From the NCBI GenBank assembly GCA_040954595.2, contig CM082579.2, forward strand, positions 6,127,625-6,191,624: a stretch of DNA of 64,000 bases, in the 5' to 3' direction. Origin of the DNA: Balanoglossus misakiensis. Taxonomy: Eukaryota; Animalia; Hemichordata. Each line of letters begins with the position of its first letter. Within the stretch, counting starts at the first letter, position 1. The position numbers were made by a program, and so were the translations under genes. Below the pieces are notes generated by a model. The model was not told the DNA's origin, made no database searches, and saw nothing but the letters and a program-made list of their open reading frames with translations. Below are positions 53,901 to 64,000 of this stretch, piece after piece.

Positions 53901-56900
53901 TTTCTGTGTTTCTAATTGCACAAGTTCAATGACAAAACATATCCCAGTTCAAAGGCTCAGGCACACTATGTGAAGGTTAAAACGGGTACAGTCAAACCCG
54001 GGGATCGCACAATCAACTCAGGACGTCTCCACTGATATCTACCTTACAATAGATAAACTTATCCTCATAGTTAATGGTCACAATTTAATCTGGAATTATT
54101 TACTGCTGTGTTGTGGATGTCGTATGCATTATTAACTGGGAGGATTAAAGAGATTTCCTTACAACGACCATCGGCTTTGTGCTATGATTGACAGGAAAAA
54201 TTGCGCAGTGAAGTCCCTGGCGCATTGGCATTGGCTTGGGCTATTGTCTATTATGCAAGAAGTTCTTTTCCATAAAAAATTACAATAGAGGTATCATTTA
54301 ATGTATGGCAAAACCACAAGGGGACAATCAAGTTGTTTCATGATAAGTTTCTTCATCTTAATAAAAGATCTGTTTGGAAATGCAGTGTGGGTGGAAGTTG
54401 ACCTTTACGATTTCAAACCTCACAATAATGAGAACAAATTTTAAGCTGTAATCCTGTTGGAATACTCAAGTTTCTGATTAAAGTCACGATCTGCGTGCAT
54501 TGTGTGTTCATCTTGCTGAGTGATACAGATTGCAGACTTCTTAGAAAACGTTTGTATACATGTACGTACATTTGTATAAGCACATTCTTGTGATCAACCG
54601 ACTCTGAATAATCGGCTTTTTACAACGCAGGAGATGAAATTTAATATTCAAACAAATCTGCTTGCCTTAGCTTAGCGGACAACAGTGCGATGTTTTGAAT
54701 GTTTGACCTGAATTTAAGGTGAAACTGAATGATTCAAGACACCAATATGGGTATTTCAGTGTGTAAAACTGACTAAGGTCGTACCTAGGAACCCGTATAC
54801 TGAATTTCACAGAACCAGTGGACTCTGGATGGTGGACAGACATCACAGACATCAAGCTCTGCATTGCTGACAGCAAAGCTAAAAAGTTAAAATGTCAACT
54901 GAGAGTATCTATGTATATATCTATAGGCAAATAGCGCTGAATAGTTACCTTCTTTTTAGCATAGAACTGGTACTGTCGAAGTGTGTGTAATAACGACAGA
55001 CTGTCTTTCCCACCGGACAGACACACCAGGACTCGGTCGCCATCTTTGATCATTTGGTATTCTTCCAAAGCCTAGAAAACAGACAGCAGTTAGAAGAATT
55101 TGTTAAAATATTGTGATTTTCTGCATGGGTATGTGCCAGACAGATATTGTATGCAATGCCCCTTTAAGATGGCAGCATTGTCGGTCTGTTTCGCAGTATC
55201 GTTACAAACCCAGCGAGTTTTGCTCAGACTTTCAATCAGACAAGAAAAAAAGGCATGCAACTAAATTCTAATACCCACAGAAACATCAATCAGCATATTG
55301 AGAAAAGAAAACATAGCACACACATTTTTGTCTCGGGTGATAAAAATTACCTCAATTTCAAATCACCAGAGGCAAAATTATATCGTCATTATCAACTAAA
55401 TGGTGTTACCCCAATACAACTAAGCACTCTGTAAGTGCCGGCCAATAAAAGAAAGATTTGTAGCAGTCTTTAAACCGATGCATCTTAAGTCTGTATTTAC
55501 TAGACTCGCATGACCAAACGTGACAGTTAGCTATAACAGCTCATTCCACAACAATTATGGAGCAGCAGTGAAAGAAGTGTGATATCGTAACCATAATCAA
55601 TCACAATGTCCCCTGTGTCACGTCCCCCTCTGTACTTTTTTGAATGAATGTAGAGCATGCTGTCCTAGAAAAATAAATCTCAACCAATGACTGCACGAAC
55701 TCTGAACATTTGCCACAGTAATATTCAAACACAAACAGAACAATTTTGATCTTGATTCACTTTTACTTTTCATCAGACATTAATGTATATACCTGTAGCT
55801 GCAGCTTTTACAAACACTTGGAACTATACCTTAACATAATTTAGGAGACGATAATGAGCAATTCAGAAATTGAGTAATCATACTGTCAAATAACTTACAT
55901 AAAACCTACTATTTTCAACTTTATTTTGCTGGAAGAACTTCAAAAAAGCATCACCAAGATCATCGAGAGGGACATTTTTTGGCTGAATCTTTTGTAGTTG
56001 TCTTCTCGATCCTGTCAGCTCATCAACAATTGTTAAAAATCCTAAAGTGTCAAAGGCATCAATTTGAGCATGACAGTCAGACTTTAATGCCCCAGCACGT
56101 CCCTCTGAGAGATTTTCATGATTGGGTTAATACTAGAAATCTGACCAGAGATATCACTGATGGAAAGAAAGAACTGCGTTAAGCAAAGCAGAAATTGAGG
56201 CAATCAGCTGGAGCAATAAACAGAACATGATCTGTCTGGATTTTGTCTTGAGATAACAAGCTAATACACAAGCACGCGACTTTTCTCATCTTTCTACATG
56301 AAACGCGTCTCACACATGATATTTTGAATACCTGGCTGAAAACGGGAACATTTTTTGACTTTGTGAATGGTAGTGTAAAAATCTACATGTGTGACTTTGT
56401 ATTTAAACAAATTTCACAGCAATTGGTAGAGCACTTAGTGAAAACATGACATTGTTCATGGTGTATAGTCCCTATTACCAGTGAAGAAAATCAGACATGT
56501 CTGTAAAATGGCTCCGACAATTTTTCCAGGTACATACATGTATTATTAGCCTGTGATGATGAGCCTGGCCATGTATTTCACTACTCATACCGACTTTGAA
56601 TGAAATGGGTAGAAACCTACAAGAAATCTTTGCAGACATAGACAATATCATAACGAATTGGCAGCCAGATGGCCATATTAGATCATATTGTGGCACAAAT
56701 TGACACGTGAATGTATATGTTCATCGCAACTTGTACAGTCTTTAGAACAAGTCTGAATGGGATATATTCAAGCATTTTGGCTTGCATCCTGTCAGGCAGA
56801 CAACAGAGTACTTATAACTCATAAGGTCCGTGCGATTGAGATGGCTTCTATTGCCGGTAATTTCAGGCAGTAGCAATATTTAATTGCCATCATACGACAA

Positions 56901-57191
56901 ACAGGATGTGATATTGTGCCTACACGTAAGTCGTGTTAATGTTGACAATGTCGCCCAGCGAGCTCACTGTAGCTTCTGTTGTCAACATCTGTGAAGATGT
57001 TGTAAAGCGACTGCACTCACCTGCACAGCTGGTTTGAACAAACTTTTTGGTGGTGGATGAAATCTCGGCTTGCTGGGATCCTGAGCTTTCCTGGTGTTCA
57101 TTTTCTTCTGATTTTCTTGTGTCGAATTATTGGCGCCACTGCTGGCGACTTCTGATTTTCTTGGCAGACAAAGAGGTGATGATGATGATGG

Positions 57192-57270
<79 letters not shown>

Positions 57271-60200
57271 AAGGAGGAGGAGGAGGAGGAGGAAGATGTC
57301 TGCATTGTAGACTCTATCTGCCCAGCAGGCAGGCAAGGACATTGCCATCTTGTTTCTTCTTGGTGAAGATTTCTCTTGAGCTTCAGATCATTGCAAGAAA
57401 AGCCCTCGGTGTCTCCATTTGTGTGTCCAACAATCGGAGCCGAGATTGGAGTACAAGAATCGTCATCTATCTCCTTGCCATTCGTTTCAGGAGTTTTTGT
57501 TATTTCCATGTCAACAGGTGGTGCATTGTTCATGAACGACAAGTCCAGGTTTTGCGCACCATTTTGAAACTGCTGTCCTGACTTCTGGTAATTTACATCC
57601 ATATTCGACGCTTGCTGTAAATTCTGTTCGTTGCCTTGGTGAATATCTGCATCCCTCACAAACCCATCTTCCACTTGGTCTGTGAACTTCTGAGTGTTGG
57701 TAAATAAAATCTCCTTCTTCTTCTCTGTCCCTCTCCCCTCAGGATGAACGCTCGAGTTATCATCTTTGCGTCTGGATATTTCACCGCTGCTCCTTTCTGG
57801 TGGGTGAAAAGGCATCCGTTTCTCCCCTGTGCTCAGTGCGTTTTTCGCTTTAGTCGTCATGAACTGCATGGCCTCACTGGGCAGCATAAACCATCTCAAC
57901 TTGGCAGCTTCTTCGTCGAACAGCAACCTTTGGTCCGGCAATTGAACTCTGACCTGCATGTGGCGGAAAACAGTCAAGGCATATTAAATAACCAGGTACA
58001 TTAAAACAGTATTTTGCAAACTTTACTTTTCATACATCTTTCAAAGAATAGATAATGGTACATTTTCAGGAACTATGTGTCAGTATTTATACAAACCTTA
58101 GCAGCCTTGGCAAATATCTCTTCAGCGATATGTAAACATTCCTGTGATAAATTGTACAAAAAGATGTAGTTGGTTGACCGTACGGTGGGCTATTGAATGG
58201 GGGATATGGACAGTTTTTTGGGGGAAGCATATACACACACTTTGAAGGGTTTAATGCACTGTGAAATACAGATCAGTACCTGATCTGTCAGCTGCTTACA
58301 GCCAATTTCAATCATTTTGCAGTGAAAACTTTAGTGATCACGACTCGTCACTGGCCCTTTTCTCTTTCACACCAACATTCATGCATATCGCTGGAAGCAG
58401 TGCAAAATGACTGTATCCACACATCACATGCCATGCTCCAAGTGGACACACGGCCCATTACTGTATATAACTCGATGCATACAAAATTAAAATACCCCAA
58501 AGCAGAAATTTCTGTTTGGCATTCTCACAACCACACGCTACATGCCTGCTTGACTTCGAGGGAAGAAGATAAAAAAAAAAACACTCAAGAAAATTGTCTG
58601 CTCATACTTGATAACTTGTCGGCATTCTCCCTTTGTCCTTGAGACCGGTTGGATTGGAGCGAGACATGGCGCCTCCTTGGTATGCGATATTTCCCAGCCA
58701 CTTTCTGTCTTGAAAGACTTGATGGTGCCTGTGTTTCCACTCGCCCGTCTCTGGATTAAAGATGTACTGTCAACACAAAATGATCATCTAGTAAGTATTA
58801 AGTGATAACGGCATTATCTGAAAAGTTTGCCAGTGCACTGTATATTTTCTGCATGTATTTTCTACATTCAAAAATAAGAAATTCCTACTTCAAATGCATA
58901 TATGTCTCCCATGTCTTCCTTGCCCATTGACATTATACCCAAGCCTGGCTTGAAAAAAATAATCACTGTGTTCGATCACATACATTTGTAGGTCAAATGG
59001 ATGTTTTTGAAATTACAGATATAGATAAGATCTTTGTTTTTCTCAGGAGAGAACTTGACAAGCAGAGTGTTTTAAGGCAAATGGAATTTCACAGCTAGTT
59101 CCTCATTTATGGAACAATTTACTAAATTAACTATAATGTATTTTTTATAAATGATGATAGAAACTCAAACAGACATGTGATGTACCAACCAAGGGGGCGG
59201 CTGACTACAAAAGCTGACCCAGAGCTACAAAATTATCTGTGATACAAACTGCGGGGAGATTGTATGATTACCTATATCATTTTTCTGGGCAAATATATTT
59301 TTCTTGACAATACATATCACCAATTACGACTACAAGAAGCAAACGTTAATGTCAAATGTCACTGTCAGGATCATGTTTTCGGATGATTTTTGTGCGTGAG
59401 TAACTAAGAGTGAATGAAACGTCTTTGTAATTGTAACAAAATAGCTTTGTTATCAAAAATAAGTGAACAGGAAGTGAAGTACGGGCTGTGTGATATTTAT
59501 GTGTTTTCTGAATCTGAATGCACTTTCTATAGTTGAGCACCGACAGAGGCTGTAGGCTCTCACTGAGAAATAATATGAAACGGATATATACTTGGAAGAT
59601 ATCTGGCTGTTCACAGCGTCATCTAGCAAACCGATTTAACCCGATAAAAAAACATTTCCCTCAAAACACATGACTTAAATGCTATTTAAATACTCAATTG
59701 CAGAAGAAAATGCTAAAACTACTAGGATTGAGAACTGTGGCTTTAAAACAATTGCATTTTAACATTAAAATATTGAAATAAGCAAGTTCTGATATTGCTA
59801 AAACTGCATGTAGAGCAACATTGATTTTGCAATATCAGTACACTACTTTAAAAGTGGCTTTTTGTCTGATGGCTACATGAGAAATCTTTGTTTAATCTCA
59901 TTGGCATCCGAGTACCTGAATCCTCTGACTTTGATTTCATTCCAAGTAATACGTGAATGCCAGGATGAAGCCAATCATTATGAGAATAAATCCAGGGATA
60001 TGCCTGTAATCTGCCAGAGAATAAATGACTTGGATGCAGTATTTTTCAACAAGCAATAATTGCAGCATGGAGGAACCTCCACCAATAGGCAACAAATACT
60101 GCCTCAAGCAACAATGCCTCATCAACTAAACACATAACGGAAGATGAGCCTTTAGTTAATGTCAAGATGATACACACCATGGGAAAACAACCCTGAAAAC

Positions 60201-63200
60201 TGAAAACAGGGAGATGGGACCACTGCACTACAGTCTGCATTGTGCTTGTCATCATTAAGCTTCAGGGAGATGAACTAGACACCACAATCAACAGCCAGAA
60301 AAGATGTGTACATAATTTTTAAGACAAAATAGCATGGTCAGGTCAGTCCCTCTTTCATCAAGATGTTTCTTACCCAATACACGACTGACTAATGGCATAG
60401 ATACATATACTTGAGAAAAACCTGTGTACCTTTGCTAAAACTAATTAGTGAAGCCCGCAAGTACATGAACATGTACGTGTAAAAAAAATACGCAGACATG
60501 AGGGCACCGGTTGAAAGGCAGTGTTTCCTCGTTTCTTGTGTTTGACACTCGTTTCGCTTCGGCTAAAATGCATTTATGTACATGCATTTCTCATCTTCTG
60601 CACTTCAGTTTTGTAAATACAGTACAGGATGTAACGCTGGCTGGTTCAAAGCCGGTCAGTGAACCTACAAAATGCTATGACCTTTGTGAGTTGTTCAGCT
60701 GCAACTTTTTGCTACGTTTTTCAGTATTTTTGTTCAGTGTATCAAACTGTAATATTTCGTTCAACTTTACTAATAAAATGAAATGTCCAGGATTCAGTTT
60801 GCCCACACGGCCAACATGTGTATGCTGGTGGTACTATTAATGTTGAACTTCAGTTCATAGCTGTTTCATACATATGTAAAACAGGTTATGCCAACGAGAT
60901 GTTACGGTTACTTTAGTGCATTGGGACAGAAGAAACTGTGGTTTAACATTCAAACTAAAAATACAGCAAAAATATTCACAGGTTAGTCACTGTCCCTTTA
61001 ATGTTTGCAATGCTAATCAAGTCTCTCATCAACGTTATTTGGAAAACATAAAATGATTTTTATTAGATTGGCAAAGGTGCTGCTATTTGGCATTAACCCG
61101 ATCTATTTTTACAAATGTATTTCATTCCCATTCAGTTTCAGTGACTTAGGCTGCCTACTTGATACTCAAATAAACCGAAGCGGTGCTATTACTATTAGAG
61201 CCCCCGACTCAACCTGCATGTTGTCATGACAACCGCAACTTCCTTGATGAAGTCACCGTGGCATCAGTCTATGACAGCATTCACGCATTGCATGTATCAG
61301 GGATGTGGTAGTTAACTTTTCAAAAAGATGAAAGGCTTAATGGTAGCTGGTATTGTGCTGTGGTTTCACTGAGAATGCTTGAAAACGACCAGGAAAATTG
61401 TCGTAAATTGGAAGAGTAGGGGCTATTTTGCCAGCTACCGGCACATGGTGCGTTTGTATGAGAGTGACGTACATAATAGGTCAAGGCATTGCCGAAGGAT
61501 TCAAATTGCCAGGCAATGGTTTCTAAGGAAAAAAAATCTGCAAATTCTAAGAAAATGTAAAAAGAGTAACTGGTGATCTCCGTCTGAAGAGAGATAAAAT
61601 AGGGCCATACTTAGTGAACAGACACGGTCCATATGTATACCGGGGGTATGCTCATTCATGACCAATGTCTCCAGGGAGGGCTATTTAATATTCATAAACA
61701 CTACTAAGTTACTGTTGTTTATCCCCGGGATCTGTGCTGTTTTAGAGATGTCCTTTTAAGCATCAGCAACCATGAAGGGAATGAAGAATGGCTGCAAGCA
61801 AAGCACTTTTTTTTACCATTTCCGCTCGAGATGTTCAATGTAATTTTAATGAGGTTTGCTTATTTAACTCAATGGTGAATCCGGTTTGTTCAGATTGAAA
61901 AAAAAAAAAAAATTGCAAACTTAAGATACTTCAACCATGGCAACTTATGTGCGTAATTTCATTTGTACAAACATTACATCAATCCAAATTTTGCGTTTGA
62001 AACCTTCAAATAGTGGCCTGCCTTCGCTTCCTTACATATTTCACGCGCACCGTACAAGTATAGACTTATGCACATAAGACGATCGTCGGCCTTTAACAAA
62101 TCCTGTCACGTTCACGCATCAATGAACCGGATGACATATGTGGCTAATAGTTCGCGACATGCATTCATTCTCAAAGATTCAACAAGTGATGTCTGGGTTT
62201 TTTCTTTTCAGAATGAAAAAGTCAAGCATCAATCAGAACACGGAAAGTGTGAATAATCCATCTGGCAAAAATGCTCTTCAAATTAATCAGCTCCTTGAGG
62301 ATTTTCAAACGTCAGATTTTACTTTGTGGGCATTTGGTTCAAATCTCCGGCTCTTATGTACTTGGCAGTTACACGTACAAATAGCACAGACTGGGTTTTC
62401 TTGGCACTTCACACATTTGAACATTAATGAGTAAGAAGGTTACATGCATTTGACCCTCAAAAATCTGTTAATAAATTGGGTAGTAGAGAAACCAAGGTCC
62501 ATGTATTGCTTCAAGCTATTAGTACTTCCAAGGTTTCCAAAAACACAAACAAAAAAGAAAAAAATGGACATGGTCGACACAAGAATAAACAACAAGTGAA
62601 TCAGCTGCAATGACTCTCGAGGTTGATAAATAATTAAAAGTGTTTACCACACACTGTCGAATGGGAAATTTTCGCGACGAGAAATTTTCGCGATATCAAC
62701 AGAGGTGACTGTTTCTCGACGAATAATCTTCGCGTTCTCTAATTACACTAACTGCCCCTCAGGAAATGTGGTGGTTCATTTCTTAAGTTTTCAAAAGATG
62801 GCTTTAAAAAGTCTTATCAGAAACTCTTCCTATAGCTGCATGGCTTCCAGTATATAGCATTGACGTCTTCAGATGGAAAATCCCCAGAAGTCATGGTTCG
62901 GAAGACATAGAATTACCTTATCACAGCGAAATTTAATCCAATAAGTCAGTTAATCAAACTGCAAACTGCAAAGTGTCTTTTAAGCTCATGTGCCTTGAAA
63001 ATGAGAGTCTTTAACTTTTCCCCAGGTGTTGCTCAAGGTAAGATTGGAGTAAAATTCAGGGGCACAAGCAAAACTTTGAATGGGAGAGAGCACACGTACA
63101 CATTTGTACAGATGCACATATCTTGTTGACAAGCTGAATTCTATACATAGGGCTAGGCCAAGCCAGGCAGATATTATTGCTGCATCCGATATCATGTTTT

Positions 63201-63937
63201 TATTGCAAGTAACTATTACTACTGAAAAAAAATATCGAGGTCTTTTTAATTTTTTTCACCCCAAAGGTATCCAATCTACAGCTGGGACTAGTTCCATCAG
63301 GATGTCGCAGTTATTTGCATGCTGATATGGGGACTGAGAGTTACCGAGGCGATGCAGCCATCGGCAAGCTCTCTGGAAATGTGGTGCATCTATGGCTAGT
63401 GCAGACAAATAATAGTTTCCGATAACATGTTTTCATTGCTTGTACCTGCTGCCTACTCAGAAAAAATCCAAGGTCTTTTTGTAAATTTCTTAAAGGCATC
63501 TGCCTAGCCACAGCTGATGCCAAACTGTCACAATGATATTAAAATCTCTCACTTTCATATGATTCTGTGATATTCATTTTCTCCTTGATCTTTTCCAAGA
63601 AAATGTGGTGATTAAAGCCCCAATGAATTATTTTAATGATTTTATTTTTCGATCGATGTGTACAAACATTACGTCTAATCCAAATGTTCTCCCAATTGTG
63701 TGTTTGATGCATTCAAATAGTGGACAGCCTTCGCTTCCTTCCATATTTCATGTGTACCGTACAAGTAGACTTTAAATGTATACACCGCAAGGGGGCGCTA
63801 ACATAATAGTAATCACTCAACATACCTGTGGCAGCAATCGCCATCCATGTTCTGCTACCATGGCAACAGACTGGATAACAAAATCGATACTTTGATTGGT
63901 AGCAAAATATGGTAAATTTATGCGCACGAATCCAGGC
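47982..63937 (-). CDS. ttcA: Spliced gene, 5'-partial: PLP class-V aminotransferase/cysteine-desulfurase-like C-terminal region + disordered poly-Ser linker + TtcA-type tRNA 2-thiolase (PP-loop ATPase) domain
   Basis: Phase-consistent GT-AG exons read on the minus strand: 63937-63826 ([38 protein letters not shown]), 58766-58608 ([12 protein letters not shown]...), 58141-58097, 57953-57021 (linker), 55071-54949 ([20 protein letters not shown]-loop), 53757-53640, 52932-52782 ([12 protein letters not shown]...[10 protein letters not shown]), 52509-52447, 52299-52227 ([12 protein letters not shown]), 51958-51905 ([11 protein letters not shown]), 48170-47982 (stop TGA). About 670 codons lie in the window; the N-terminus is beyond 64000. 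The symbol refers only to the C-terminal domain. Confidence 0.88.
48940..49300. repeat. Intronic interspersed repeat with a perfect 14-bp hairpin and repeated GTGAGAAATA motifs
   Basis: Stem GAGAGTGTGGGATC-gaatt-GATCCCACACTCTC at 48985-49017, and two copies of TCATGTGAGAAATA (~49194 and ~49277). Family not determined. Confidence 0.5.
57177..57293 (-). repeat. Coding trinucleotide repeat (GAT)n/(GAG)n encoding a ~37-residue poly-Ser tract in the desulfurase-TtcA linker exon
   Basis: Seen directly; lies inside the open 933-nt exon 57953-57021. Confidence 0.9.
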
Positions 63938-64000
63938 CTGGAAAACAAAGTAATTTTTGTCCAGAATTTAAAACACAATATACACAGAAAAAAAGGAGAA

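Noticed and set aside
47982-55071. Calling the PP-loop gene ordinary CTU1/NCS6
   Set aside because: It lacks the N- and C-terminal zinc-finger CxxC pairs of Ctu1/TtuA; its motifs match TtcA and it is fused to a PLP-enzyme-like region.
57047-57366. Poly-Met, poly-Ile and poly-Asp ORFs
   Set aside because: Alternative readings of the (GAT)n repeat; only the poly-Ser frame is continuous with the flanking exons.
62655-62740. GAAATTTTCGCG repeats resembling a Tc1/mariner-type MITE end
   Set aside because: Only one end is visible, with no matching TIR or TSD, so it was not listed as a feature.
47982-63937. Bacterial contamination or recent horizontal transfer as the source of the TtcA-like sequence
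   Set aside because: The gene has ten spliceosomal introns within the window and is embedded among host repeats; any transfer would have to be ancient.

Overview
Eukaryotic, intron-rich, AT-rich animal DNA. The repeat landscape and gene content suggest a marine invertebrate deuterostome such as a hemichordate (inference). No operons, rRNA, tRNA or CRISPR arrays were seen. I reconstructed four spliced minus-strand genes by hand, each with consistent exon phases. (1) The 3' part (11 exons) of a fusion of a PLP class-V aminotransferase/cysteine-desulfurase-like C-terminus with a bacterial-type TtcA (tRNA C32 2-thiolase) domain, 47982-63937, continuing beyond the window. (2) A complete 20-exon, 1053-aa receptor guanylyl cyclase, 30747-40965, with two GC-AG introns. 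(3, 4) Two divergent tandem paralogues encoding orphan coiled-coil proteins, 13733-15528 and 23370-24460; the first ends in a polybasic stretch plus a CaaX box (KRRRKDCVVM*). The rest is rich in non-autonomous DNA transposons with readable TSDs: a 3.1-kb foldback element with 21-bp minisatellite arms, nested palindromic MITEs interrupting a decayed gene, and others. There are also microsatellites and candidate stress/immune regulatory motif clusters (ERSE, kB, X-box). The most interesting candidate system is the desulfurase-TtcA fusion.
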